Part shown: positions 29,005 to 40,700 of the stretch, one piece after another | Layout of the letters: each line of letters starts with the position of its first letter | How positions within the stretch are numbered: the stretch's first letter is position 1 | Origin: Dehalococcoidia bacterium | Lineage (GTDB): Bacteria > Chloroflexota > Dehalococcoidia > DSTF01 > JACRBR01 | Reading direction: 5' to 3' | Length of the DNA: 64,000 nt | Assembly: GCA_040902505.1 (NCBI GenBank) | Contig: JBBDXE010000032.1 | Span: forward strand, 494,378 to 558,377 | Made by a program: the position numbers and the translations under genes | The notes under the pieces: model-generated | The model's database searches: none | The model's input: only the letters and a program-made list of their open reading frames with translations | Told to the model about the DNA's origin: nothing

Positions 29005-30398
29005 AGCCCCGCTCACTCCGCGTCCGTCTGATGCTGTGGTACCTGGCGATCCTCGCCGTGATCCTCTGTCTGTTCGCAACGGTTATCTATGTGACGCTGC
29101 AGCGCACACTCCTGGAGCAGCTGGACGATGGGCTTTCGAACAGGGCCTTCTTTGTCAGCGAGTTGGTCACGTTCAGCGCCGCTGGCGAGCCTCAGCTCAG
29201 CCTTGGCGGGGAAGGGGCGAACCCTGACGCTGACGACACGTTTCAGCGCCTTCTCGACCCTGCGGGCGCCGTCATCTTCGATACGAATCAGGCGTTCGGC
29301 AAGGTGCCGGTCGATCCGGAAGCACTCGATGCGGCGCGCGAAGGCCGTCACCATGGCGCGACGGTCGACACCGGCAACGGGGAGGCTCGCGTGCTGACAT
29401 TGCCGCTCCGCCGTGACGGCGCGGTTGCCGGCGTCCTGCAGGTCGGCGAGTCCACAGGCGACATGCAGGAGACCCTGAGGACGCTCCTACTGATCTTCGC
29501 CGTGGCACTGCCCTCCTCGCTGGTCCTGGCCAGTCTCGGCGGATGGTGGCTCTCCTCCCGCGCGCTGGCGCCGATCGATCCCATCACGCAGGCGGCACGA
29601 GAGATCTCCGGCGGGAGCGACCTCAACCGGCGCCTCGCGCTCGACCTCCCCGACGACGAGGTCGGGCGGCTGGCTCGCACGTTCGATGAGATGCTCGCGC
29701 GCCTCGACGCAGCGTTTCAGCGCCAGCGCCAGTTCACCGCCGACGCGTCGCACGAGCTGCGGACGCCGCTCACCGCCATCCGGGGGCAGATCGACGTCGC
29801 GCTCGAACGGCCGCGGGACACGGCGGAGTACCGCCGGGTGCTGGGCGCCGTCAACGAGCAGGTCGACCGCATGACGCGTCTGGTCGGAGGCCTGCTGATG
29901 CTCGCACGCTCGGACGCGGGGGCTCTGCCCGTGGAGCGGGAGCCCGTGGACCTCCGCGACCTCGTCGAGTCCGTCGCCGAGCAGGTCCGGCCCCTCGCCG
30001 CTCAGAAGAGCCTCGATCTGCGGATCGAGCCCGGCGGCCCGCTGGCCGTCAGCGGCGATGAAGATCTGCTGCTCCAGCTCATGCTCAACCTGGCCGATAA
30101 CGCCGCGAGGTACACCAGCCGCGGCAGCATCACGCTGGGCTGGCGGAAGGGAGACCGCGCTGAGATGTTCGTGCGAGACACCGGCGCCGGGATCCCGCCC
30201 GAACAACGCGAGCGCATCTTCGAACGCTTCTACCGCATTGAGGCGTCCCGATCTCGCGAGGGCGGCGGCGCCGGCCTTGGTCTCGCCATCTGCCGCTGGA
30301 TCGCCGAGGCCCACGGGGGCGCCCTCTCCGTCGAGAGCGACCATGCCGGGGCCACGTTCACCGTCGGGCTCCCGCTCGACGGCTCATCGGATACCTGA
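29001..30398 (+). CDS. HAMP sensor histidine kinase
   Basis: Two TM helices, ASHELRTPL, NLADNA, DTGAGI, GAGLGL. Confidence 0.95.
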   Translation: MKPRSLRVRLMLWYLAILAVILCLFATVIYVTLQRTLLEQLDDGLSNRAFFVSELVTFSAAGEPQLSLGGEGANPDADDTFQRLLDPAGAVIFDTNQAFGKVPVDPEALDAAREGRHHGATVDTGNGEARVLTLPLRRDGAVAGVLQVGESTGDMQETLRTLLLIFAVALPSSLVLASLGGWWLSSRALAPIDPITQAAREISGGSDLNRRLALDLPDDEVGRLARTFDEMLARLDAAFQRQRQFTADASHELRTPLTAIRGQIDVALERPRDTAEYRRVLGAVNEQVDRMTRLVGGLLMLARSDAGALPVEREPVDLRDLVESVAEQVRPLAAQKSLDLRIEPGGPLAVSGDEDLLLQLMLNLADNAARYTSRGSITLGWRKGDRAEMFVRDTGAGIPPEQRERIFERFYRIEASRSREGGGAGLGLAICRWIAEAHGGALSVESDHAGATFTVGLPLDGSSDT

Positions 30399-30405
30399 GC
30401 CGAAG

Positions 30406-30448
30406 TTCAGGCCCGCTTCATGTCGCGTTCATGCTGGCCTTCTAGAGT
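30406..30448 (+). promoter_or_regulatory. OmpR-type triple direct repeat plus -10 element
   Basis: TTCAGG/TTCATG/TTCATG at 30406, 30417, 30428 (11-bp period); TAGAGT at 30443. Confidence 0.6.
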
Positions 30449-30500
30449 CAAGGTATCGGAGGGGCGAGATTCGCCCGCCGATTCGAAGGGAGAACAGCAC

Positions 30501-30845
30501 ATGCACCGGATGAAGAGGGTCCACGTACTCATGACGGGCGGAGTGCTCGTGCTCGCGGCTATCGGCAGCGCGGCCGGGATCGCCGCAGCGACCGGGGGCG
30601 ATGACAACGAGAGCCCGATCACGGGCACCGCGCTCGAGAAGGCGAGCGCGGCCGCTCTCGCCCACACCGGGGAAGGTTCTGTCACCGAGACAGAAGTCGG
30701 CGATGAGGACGGTTACTACGAGGTCGAGGTCACCCTGGGCGACGGCAGCCAGGTCGACGTGCATCTCGACGCCGGCTTCAACGTCATCAGCTCGCAGGCC
30801 GACGATGACAACTCCGGCGACAACGACGGCTCCGGCGACGACTAG
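30501..30845 (+). CDS. Secreted PepSY domain protein
   Basis: Signal peptide; ASAAALAHTGEGSVTETE...YEVEV...VDVHLD. Confidence 0.85.
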   Translation: MHRMKRVHVLMTGGVLVLAAIGSAAGIAAATGGDDNESPITGTALEKASAAALAHTGEGSVTETEVGDEDGYYEVEVTLGDGSQVDVHLDAGFNVISSQADDDNSGDNDGSGDD

Positions 30846-30915
30846 GCGTCACCACGATCACGAGACGCACGGAGGAGCGAGACGATCCCGCTCCTCTTCA
30901 CAAGGGAGAGGTCAC

Positions 30916-31839
30916 ATGAACCGGATCACCATGCTCGCCGCCGCCGCTGTACTCACCGTCGGGATACTCGCGACCTCCGGAGCGGGCGCCCCGGCGCGGG
31001 CGCAGCAGCCGATCGACCCAGCCGCCTTCTCGCCGGCGATCACCAATCCGCTCTACCCCCTCTCCCTCATCGGCCCGAAGGTCTTCGAGGGTGAGGACAT
31101 TGACCCCGACACCGGCGACGTCATTGAGACACGCCTCGAGTCCCGCGTGCTCCCGCAGACGAAGGTCGTGGCCGGCGTCACCGTCACGGTCCTCGAAGAG
31201 AAGGCGTTCGAGGAGGGCGAAGTCGTCGAACTCGCGCTCGACTACTTCGCGCAGCACCGGGATGGGAGCGTCTACTACTTCGGCGAGGCGGTCGACAACT
31301 ATGAAGGCGGCCAGCTGAAGGACCACCACGGCCAGTGGCTTGCCGGAGAGGACGGCAACCAGCCCGGCATCATCATGCCCGCGCAGCCGGTCGCCGGCCA
31401 GACGTTCGAGCAGGAACTCGCACCGGGCGTCGCCGAGGACAAGGCGACGGTGCTGGCCCTCAACGAGACCGTGACGGTCCCCGCTCGCAACTACACCGGC
31501 TGCCTGAAGACGCGCGAGTTCTCCCCCATCGAGCCTGGCGTCGAAGAGCTGAAGTGGCACTGCCCGGGCGCCGGCCTGGTGAAGGAAGAGGGCGATGGTT
31601 CCCTCAGCGAGCTGGTCTCGGTCGCTGCGGCGCCGGCTGCCAGCCCCACCACGGCGCCCACCCCGTCATCCCCGACGCCGCGAGGAGTCGTCGCGCCGAA
31701 CGCAGGCGACGGCTCCGGCACCGGCGACGCCGCAGGACCGCCCGGCTGGGTGATCGCGGTTGGCGTGGGTGCGCTGGCCCTGGCGTTAGGCCCCGTCGTC
31801 ATCGTGAGGGCAGCGGCTGCGCGCCGCTTGGAGGGATGA
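30916..31839 (+). CDS. Secreted/anchored hypothetical protein
   Basis: Signal peptide, ITNPLYPL, DYFAQ..DGSVYYFGE, Pro/Thr linker, PNAGDG motif + TM helix + RR tail. Confidence 0.75.
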   Translation: MNRITMLAAAAVLTVGILATSGAGAPARAQQPIDPAAFSPAITNPLYPLSLIGPKVFEGEDIDPDTGDVIETRLESRVLPQTKVVAGVTVTVLEEKAFEEGEVVELALDYFAQHRDGSVYYFGEAVDNYEGGQLKDHHGQWLAGEDGNQPGIIMPAQPVAGQTFEQELAPGVAEDKATVLALNETVTVPARNYTGCLKTREFSPIEPGVEELKWHCPGAGLVKEEGDGSLSELVSVAAAPAASPTTAPTPSSPTPRGVVAPNAGDGSGTGDAAGPPGWVIAVGVGALALALGPVVIVRAAAARRLEG

Positions 31840-31925
31840 TGCTGGGCATCACACGCCCGCGGGCTGTGAAGGTGGTGTCGGCGACGGGGATGGGGGCGAC
31901 TAGGACCACCCAAACGACATGTAGG

Positions 31926-32687
31926 TCAGGCGGACGCTTCACGAAGGAGCCCGAAGAGATCTTCGACCGCTTGGCGTGAGAACATCGAGTAGTCGTCGAG
32001 TGACCGGAGCAACAGCTGCCGTTGACTTCCGGCCAGTTCGTCTTCAAGAGTCTTGATCAGGGTGATCGCTTCCTTGCGCAACTCTAGGTTAGGCCATTCG
32101 ACCACTGCAGCCCGGGCGAGGGAAAGGGATACCCCAGCTTCGGGGAGATAGAGGTACTCCGGTTCGGTTGGAAGGATCTGCTGGCTCAGGTCGATGCCAG
32201 TGCGAAAGGCCACGTCGACCAGGTCGGCCTAGGAGAAGTCGTTGCCGTGGAACTCGTTACGCTCACGCCGCACTGCCCTTCGGTCGTCCTTCGGCACGGT
32301 CCCATTGAAGACCGACTTGACGATGCGCCCGCTGAAGATACAGTCGACCATCTCGACCGCGAAGCAGAACCAATCGTACAGTTCAGCGTTGCGGAGCGAG
32401 CACCGCACGAAACGAGCATACCCACCCGGGACGAACCAGATGCGCGCACCGTCGAAACTGCACTCGACGTACTCCGACATCTCGCGGCCCGCACCGAAAG
32501 AGCCGCTCTCGATGCGGGTGTCCTCGAAACGACAAGCCTCTAAGCGCGAGCCGTGAGCACCAAAATACGTGAGTTCACGTCCAGAGAAGTCGGCGCCTCG
32601 AAGTCGCGCGTGGTCCAGGAAGACTCCGCTCGCCGGGCCAATCTTCACCTTGCCCACTAATCTTGCCTCAAACCTCACAACGGGCAC
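31926..32687 (-). pseudogene. Second pentapeptide-repeat immunity copy with in-frame stop
   Basis: Paralog of 34026-34775; TAG at 32229-32231 inside NDFS*ADLVDV. Confidence 0.8.
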
Positions 32688-32705
32688 CCTCGCTGATGCG
32701 GAAAC

Positions 32706-33770
32706 CTAAGGGAGTACATATATCGCGTAACTGACGCCCTCGAACCCGGGGCGCTTCATGTGCCCGGCCACTTGCCCCGGGGTCATCAACTCGACGACAT
32801 CACCCGTCAGTCTATCCAAGAAATCCGGGGGCCTCGTGTGCTGTACTGGAACCTTCCCGGATAGCAGACTTCCAAGGCCTTGGCCGTAGCTCTGTGGACA
32901 GCTTGGCTCAAGAATCGGCTTCCCTGAGCTGGATCCGCTTCGAGCGCCCTTCGTTCGGGTTTAGATAGATAGCCCTTCAAGACATTCACACCCAGTCTCG
33001 ACTGCTTCTGCGCCATGCCAGAAACGATCTTCGCCGATGGTCGCCTAAGCATCCCCATTGCAGCCTTGCCACCGCCTGCGCTGTAATACGCCGTCGCAGC
33101 CTCGAAGGCGATGGCGCCGCAGTCGCCTGCGCTGCCCTTGGCGCACGGCGCAGCGTTGTCCAGAGACGCCAAGAGGGCACCTGCGGCGGCGCAACCTAAC
33201 GCTGCGCCCGTCACAGCCGTGCACTCGATCACGCCAGCGCTGATCGCCACGTTGCCCCAGCACGCGACGGTGGCGTCCTTGGCCCCCTTCCCCGTCGCTA
33301 TCGACACTTGCATCCCGAGGTCAAGGCCGCCCGCCGCCGAGTCCCACGCCGCACCAGCCGTGGCAGCCACCGATTCGAAGGCGCTCATCGAGGTTCCCGA
33401 GGCCTTGTTCCACACCGCCTCGCCGCAATCCTTCACCCCGCTCCAGGACGTGACCCCGCAATAGCCGCTCGGATCGGTGAAAGCGAGCCGGGTTGTTCAT
33501 GACGTACGAGTAGCGGTTCAGCCCGTCGGCGGTGAGGGGGTCGGCGCTGAGGAAGCGACCGGTGAGGGTGCTGTACATGCGGGCGTTGTAGTTGTAGAGG
33601 CCCAACCCGTCGAAGTCCTCGTCGCGCTGGCCCGTGAACCACTTGTCCGTGATGCGCTGGTCGCCGGAGAGCTGGCGCTCCATCCCGAACGGCCAGTACT
33701 TGCGCCTCGCGATCAGGTTGCCGTCCGCGTCGAGCACACCCGTCGTGCCGCCGAGCTGGTCGGCGAGGAG
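32706..33770 (-). pseudogene. Orphan RHS core-end plus toxin tip, frameshifted
   Basis: Begins abruptly at LLADQLGG; frameshifts near DPSG (~33480) and GPDF (~32830); ends ..YVLP* like the main toxin. Confidence 0.82.
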
Positions 33771-33808
33771 CTTAGGGTAGTGACATCAGGGGAGTGTCGT
33801 GTAGGGGT

Positions 33809-33921
33809 CTACGAGCCGACGTGGGCCATGGTCTGGCGGTGTGGGCGTTGGGGATGGAGAGCCAGGCGCCGTAGGTGATGCGCCCCGCTCGCCACGCCGC
33901 CTTCGCCGTATTCGTCCGCAT
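33809..33921 (-). pseudogene. 5' fragment of an HpcH/HpaI aldolase
   Basis: GGAGG RBS; MRTNTAKAAWRAGRITYGAWLSIPNAHTA/TMAHVG matches the N-terminus of 26339-27121; 1-nt deletion then stop. Confidence 0.75.
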
Positions 33922-34025
33922 GCCGTTCGCCTCCGGCAATGGAGGATGCCCCATCCCCCATCCCGGCGCCGGCCGGCGGGCCGGCTGATGCCGCCTCCGG
34001 GCGAGAACCTACGATGATGAGCAGG

Positions 34026-34775
34026 TCAAGCCGAGATGTCCCGGAGAAGGTCGAACACCATGTCCACCACTTCGCGCGAGTAGATTGGGTATGCATCGGA
34101 AGCGCGGAGCAGGAGTTGCACTTGACCGCCTTCGAGTTCGTTCTTTAGACCGTCAATCTGCTGAAGTGCCAGTCGCCTCATCTCCGCGTCCTGCCAGCCG
34201 GCCGCGACCGCGCGGGCCTCCGCCAAGGTTGTTTCGGCTGAGGGAAGGTAAAGGTAGTCGGGTCCGGTTGGAAGACGCTGCTGGCTCAGATCGATCCCTG
34301 TCCGGAAGCCCACGTCGACGAGATCAGCACCGGAAAAGTCATTCCCGTGAAACTCGTTGTGCAAGCGCTTGAATGTCTTGCGGTACTCCTTCAATACGGT
34401 TCGGTTGAACACCGATCTGACGATGCGTCCGGTGAACGTACAGTCGATGAACTCGGTCGCAAAGCAGAACCACTCGTGGAGTTCGACATCTCGGAACGAG
34501 CAGCGGACGAAGCGCGCGCAACCACCGCCGGACCAGATGCGCGCACCGTCGAAGTTGCACTCAATGTAATCGGAAGTGTCGCGACCAGCACCAAAACAGC
34601 CGTCCTCAATGCGGGTATGCTCGAAGGTACAGTGCTCCAGGCGCGAACCGTGGGCGCCGAAGTAGTCGAGTTCGCGTCTGCTGAAGTCGCTACGCCGGAG
34701 CCGAACGTGATCGAGGAAGACGTGCTTCGCTGGGTCTATCTCCACCTTGCCTACCGACCGAGCCCTGAACTTCAC
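34026..34775 (-). CDS. Pentapeptide-repeat protein, candidate toxin immunity protein
   Basis: Starts 8 nt after the RHS stop; LEHCTF/IECNF/FVRCSF/IDCTF/ADLVDV five-residue periodicity. Confidence 0.75.
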   Translation of the reverse strand: MKFRARSVGKVEIDPAKHVFLDHVRLRRSDFSRRELDYFGAHGSRLEHCTFEHTRIEDGCFGAGRDTSDYIECNFDGARIWSGGGCARFVRCSFRDVELHEWFCFATEFIDCTFTGRIVRSVFNRTVLKEYRKTFKRLHNEFHGNDFSGADLVDVGFRTGIDLSQQRLPTGPDYLYLPSAETTLAEARAVAAGWQDAEMRRLALQQIDGLKNELEGGQVQLLLRASDAYPIYSREVVDMVFDLLRDISA

Positions 34776-34783
34776 TGTGGACC

Positions 34784-37700
34784 TCAGTGGCTTGGGAGAA
34801 CGTATGTCGCGTAGTTCACGCCCTCGAAGCCCGGCCGCCGCATATGGCCGGCGACTTGACCGGGAGTGGTTAGCTCTACGAGATCACCAGTCAGTGTATC
34901 CAAGAAATCCGGCCCTCGCCTGCTGTAGCGGAACCTCCCTGGATATCGGACTTTCAGGGCTTCCGCCGTGGCGCGATGCACGGCTTGACCCAAGAATCGA
35001 CTCCCACGGGCGGGATCAGCATCGAACGCGCGGCGTTCGGGCACACTCAGGAAGCCCCTCAGACCCCGCACACCAAGCGCAGACTGCTTCGCGGCGGTGC
35101 GGGCGACGATCTTCTCCGATGACCGGCTGAGCAACCCCACCGCCGCCTTGCCGCCACCGGCGCTCAGATACGCCGTCATTGCCTCGAAGCCAATGGCACC
35201 GCAGTCGCCCGCGCTGCCCTTTGCGCAGGGGACGACATTGTCCAGCGATCCCACGACGGCCCCCGCTGCGGCACAACCGACTGCGCCTCCGCCTCCAGTG
35301 GCCGCCGTGCATCCGATTACACCTGCGCTGATCGCCACACTCTGGCAGAGTTCGTTCCCCCAGCACGCGACGGCGGCATCCTTGGCCCCTTTCCCCGTCG
35401 CTATTGCCGCTTCCATCCCGAGATCGAGCGCTCCTGTCACAGGATCCCAGACTGCACCCGGCGTAGATGCCACGGCCTCGTAGGCGCCCACAGCGGCGCC
35501 GCCAACGACGTCGCGCACCTTCCCGGCAGCTGCCTTGGCTGGACCCTCAATGAAATCAGGCACGCCGAAGTATCCGCTGGGGTCCGTATAGCCCATTGGG
35601 TTGTTGCCGACGTAGGAGTAGCGGTTTAGGCCGTCAGCGGTGAGGGGGTCGGCGCTGAGGAAGCGCCCGGTGAGCGTGCTGTACATCCGGGCGTTGTAGT
35701 TGTAGAGCCCCAGCCCGTCGAAGTCCTCGTCGCGCTGGCCCGTGAACCACTTGTCCGTGATGCGCTGGTCGCCCGAGAGCTCGCGTTCCATCCCGAACGG
35801 CCAGTAGCGCCGGCTCGCGACGACGCCCCCGCTCGCGTCCAGCACCGTCGTCGTCCCGCCGAGGTGGTCGGCGAGGAGGTAGTGCAGCGTCCCGGCGGGA
35901 CTCTCGCCCGGCTTCACGCGGCGGACGGCCGTCGCGCCGAGCGCGTCGTAGTACTTCGTGATCTCGATGGTCTCTACATCGTTGGCGTCTTCGTAGACCG
36001 TGCGCTCGTAGATCCCGCCGACGTAAACCGTCGTCTCGTGCCCTGACTCCCCGTCCGTATCGCGCCTGATGAGGCTGCCCTCGGCGCTGTACTCGTAATC
36101 GACACTCGCCTCGCCGTACTCTCTGTCGCTCAGCCGGTTCTCAACGTCGTACCGATAGAGGTCGGTCTCCGCCTCGTCGCATGGCAGGGACGACTCGAAG
36201 GAACACAGGTTGCCGTTCTCGTCGTACCCGAACTCCTTGTACACCGTCGACGTGCCGGTAAAGAAGAGCTGCGAGACGGCGTGTGGCCGCACAGATCCCG
36301 CGCCCGAGGGTGGATACGTCAGCGTGAGGTCAAGCTGGCCTTCGCGCTTGCGCGTGAGGTTCCCGATCGCGTTGTACTCGTATTCCGCGCTGGTTCCGCC
36401 CGCGAAGCCTGTCGCACCGATCAGGCGGTTCCGCTCATCGTAGTCGTACGTCACCGTCTCGCCCGTGACGTGGTCGATCGTGGTCATGACGTTGCTCGCC
36501 TCGTCGAAGCTAAGCTCGAAGTCTTGGACCGGCAGGGGCTGGCTGCCGGTCGTGATGCGCTTCAAACGCAAGCGGTAGTCGTAGTCGTACGTCATCGGCA
36601 GCTGACCGCCCAGAAGATCGACGGACGCGGTCGCACCCCAGGGCGTCAGCGTCAGGCCGCTGGCGAGGATCTCGGTCGGCTCTCCGGGCGGCGTCGTCTG
36701 TACGCCGGTGATGGTGCCATATGCGTCGGCGAGGTATTCGAGGACTTCACGATCGCCGGGGTCGCCGCCCGGCTCGTCCTCCGGATATGTGACCGTGCGC
36801 GGCTGGTCTAGGGCATCGTACGCCGTGTCGATGTCGTATTCATTCTCGACCCCGGCGGACACGACGTACCGCGTCTTGACCGACCTGCCTCGGAGGTCGT
36901 AGCAGTGCAGCTCGCCGTCTCCCTCGTCGACATCGGTCGACGTGAGCCGCCCCGCCGCAGTCGCCGGCACGCTGCACGGGGACTCCTCGGGGTAAACGTC
37001 ATACTCAAAGTCGAGATCGCTTTCGCCGCCAACGCTGGGTGCGTCGTATACCTTGTCCGTCAACCGCTGCAGGTCGTCATAGTCGAGCGTGGTGACCACC
37101 CCGCGTGGGTCGGTCTGTTCGGTGAGGTTGCCGACGACGTCGTACTCGTAGAGCCAGTCGCCCATGTCGGGGTCGTGCATCGACGTCTTACGGCCGGCCA
37201 GGTCGTACGTCATAGACGTCACGTTGTCCAGCGCGTCGGTCACGGTCGTGAGGCGCCCCGCCTTGTCGAAGTGGTAGGCCGTCGGCGATGTGGCGGCTGG
37301 CTCCCACACCTCGAGCGAACGGGCCCCGATGTTCCGGACCTCCTGCGTGGTGTTCCCACGTTCGTCGACGAACGTCGTGGTCACGCCGTTGTAGTCGGCA
37401 GTCGAGAAGGGCCCAGAGGACCCCCCCGGTCTCGAGGGATGTCGCCCTCACGACATTGCCCAGCGTGTCGTACTCAGAGGTGACACGGTCGCGTCCGCCG
37501 ATGGGGTCCAACATCGCGGCGCAGTCGATCGAAGCGCCCTGCCCGCCGAGTACGGGGTTCGAGACAGACTGCTGCATCCCGCGACCGTCGTAGTCCGTGC
37601 GGACGCTGTTGTACCAGTCGCCGAAGAAGTGGCTCCGAGTCTCGACAGTGCGCCCGAGACCGTCCGTACAGGTGGTGATCTTCCGCGTGGTCGCTTCACC

Positions 37701-40700
37701 GTGCTCAACCCGGGTGGCAGCCGTCGTGCGGTTAGGGACGGTGCCCCATGCGTAGGTGAATTCGCTCGTTGGAACTGTCTCAGAGTCGAGGTTGTCCCAG
37801 GCCATCGTGAGCCGGCCGAACACGTCGTACCTCATCTCGGCGAACCCCACGCCTTCATCGGTCGGAGACGTTGGCGGTACGAACGGCCCGGTAACGGTGA
37901 GCGGCTTCCCGAGCACGAAGTCGTACGACGTCGTCGCCACATGCTCCACGGGGTTCTTCTGTGACACTGGGTACAGATGATGTTCGCCGTCGTAGGTCGT
38001 GAGAGAGAAGCCCTCTCCTTCGCCACTTCCCGGATACCATCCGTTTACCCAGCCGAAGCCCCAGCCAAACTGTCCTGGGTCGGGTTCGCTGCCGATCCCA
38101 TGGGACTCGGGCGCGTCCTCTTCCACCAGAGATTGCGCGACGACGTTGCCGTACGTGAGCGGCTCGCTTCCGTAGGTGTCGTATAGCAGGTACGTGTTCG
38201 CAGAACTCGGAAGCTGACCTTCACTCTCGCACTGCGTGGCGGTCGCGTCGAGAGCCGTGGACGCGGTGGTCACCAGCCCGCGCGCCGGGGCCGTTGCGAC
38301 CGTGTTCGCGCCATCGTAGTACGTCCGCGAACAGCCCAGCAGCTCGCCCGTGACGGGGTCGATGACTTCCTGGAAGCGGGGCACGAAAAGCCAGGCGACC
38401 TCGTTCTTGTGATAGCCCGTCTTCGTCGTGACGTCGTCGCCCGTGCCCGTCACGCCGAGGTCGTCGGCACGCGTGAGCAGCCCGAAGCACGTCGTAGTCG
38501 ATGCGATCGGACAAGTCTGGCCGGCGTCGTATTCGTTGGTCGCCGAAAGCGCCGTGCCGTCCCGCAGCGTCGTCGTCGTGCCCGCCGGATGGATGAAGTT
38601 CACATAGTAGCGTCCGCCACTCTCATTGGCCACGGGCCGGATCGACCAGGTGGTGACCGTCTTGTGCCACTGCGCACCGACGGAGTCCCTGACGATGGTC
38701 TCGTACTCGCGTCCGTGGCGCAGCTCGTCGTCCCAGTCTCCCAGATCCGAGGCCACGAAGTACTTGTGTATCACCTGGTTGCCGTCGGCGTCCGTTTCGG
38801 TCACGTCGGAGTAGCCGCGGTTCTCCGCGTTGAAGGGGTCACTGTTCGAAGGCTGATAGGGATCGGGGTAGTCCCACTCGAATGGACCCACATAGGAGTA
38901 CGTCGTGACGATCGAAGGCTGGCCGGCCCCCGGGCTCGCCGTCTCGCTCTGTACGGCGTTGCGCGACCAGTGCAGGCAGGCGCAACCGTTGTCAAGCGAC
39001 TCATCGTAATAGTCAAATGTGATGGTCCCGCCGAAACCGTTGTTGATCTCCGTCAGGTGCGCCCAGTCATATCCGAACGCCTCCGACGCGCCGTTCATGA
39101 ACGCGTGGTGTTCCGGCTCATGCTCGAACGTCATCTCGTAGAGTGCGGATGTGCCGTCGGTGCCCTTGAGTGCGATAGTGTCGAGCGTGTTGTTGCCGGT
39201 GAAGGGCTGGGGCGGGCAGGCCGTGTCCGTCGAGAACGGCGCCGTGGTGTACGACAGGTCATAGCGCCGGGCGAGTTTCCACTGGTCGTCGTCATAGACC
39301 CGCATCTCCACGCTGTCCAGCTTCCGGATCTCCAGGACCTTCGGCGCCTCGTATCCGTTCCCGCAACCGCCCGGAGTCACGTTGTACGGCGTGTCGTTGC
39401 GCACGAGCACCTCTGGCTCGCGGCCGAAGGCATCGTTGTCGTTATCCCAGCCCAGGTTGAAGTGGACGTTTGCGCGGGCCTGCACACCGTTGTAGTTGTA
39501 GAGGATGTCCTCCGGGTACGCCGCCAACACGTACTCGCACTCCGGCCCGGAGCCGCAGTTCGGGTCGTCGTACCGTTGCTGCCAGTAGGTGTAGTCCACC
39601 CGGTTGCCCAACCGGTCGACGACGTACGTCAGGTCGAGGCGGTAATAGCGGCGCACCCACTCTCCGCCAACGTATTCGATATACCATCGCCGGTGGGCGT
39701 CGTCCGTGCCGTAGACGTACAGGGTCCCGGACTGGTCGGTGACGAAGAAGGGGCAGCTTGCGTCGAGGCAGTCGGAGCGAACGCGCAGGTACGGTTGTTC
39801 GCGGAGCCGCCAGACTCGAGCCGCGGCGGTGATCGCCATGCCATCATCGCCGAGTGCGCTCGAACTCAGCCCGTCGAGTGCTTCCTCAAGGTTGTCGGAC
39901 GCATCAACAGACGCAATGGGCGCGCTCGCCGTCGCTGCTGAGGGGAGGGCGAGCACGAGCGGGTCGTAACCCCAGCGATTCCGCAGGTACAGCGTGTCGG
40001 ACTTCGCGTCGTACTCGGCACTGGCCGACGTGGCCTCTGCCCCGCTCACCTCGTAGATGCGCTCCCAGTTCTGGCCCAAGTTCGTCGTGCGCCACACCTC
40101 ACCCACACCACCTGCATGGATGAGGAAGGCGACCCCATCGGGACCGACCTCCAACTCGCCGGTCCTGATCGACGGCGGCCAGCCATCACCTACGACTGCG
40201 TCCGTGGCGTTGTCGGGCCACTTCGCCCAGGTCACCGTGACGCCGTAGTCGAAGGAGTACGAGATGTGAGTCCCGTCGAGTGCGACCATGCGGCCGTCGT
40301 GCAGCAGCCCGACGTACCCTCGTGTCGGATACCAACCGTCCTCGATCGTGCTGAGCGTGCGTGCAAAGGTCTCGCCCGCATCGTCGGTGTGGAAGAAGAG
40401 CATGCCTTCGGCGAACAGTTCTGCTTCGAGTACGACCACATTCGGATCGGTCGGGTGTGTCATGACGCTCTCGACGGACACCATATCGTCAGTCGCTGAG
40501 CGTTCGTCCACTTCAAGGATCAGCGAGAAGGTCACGCCATCGTCAACACTCTTGTAGAGGCGAGCAGGCATGGCGTTGGCGGCCTCGGACAGCTGCGGGT
40601 TCCCGGCTGCCAGATAGATGCTGCCGTCAGCCGCCTCAGCGACCATCCAGGCGCCGCCTTCTTGCCCGCTTGAGTCCGTCTGCGGCGGCGGGCCGACGTC

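Noticed and set aside
32706-35900. Diversity-generating retroelement explanation for the duplicated toxin tip
   Set aside because: No reverse transcriptase in the window, and differences are not adenine-specific.
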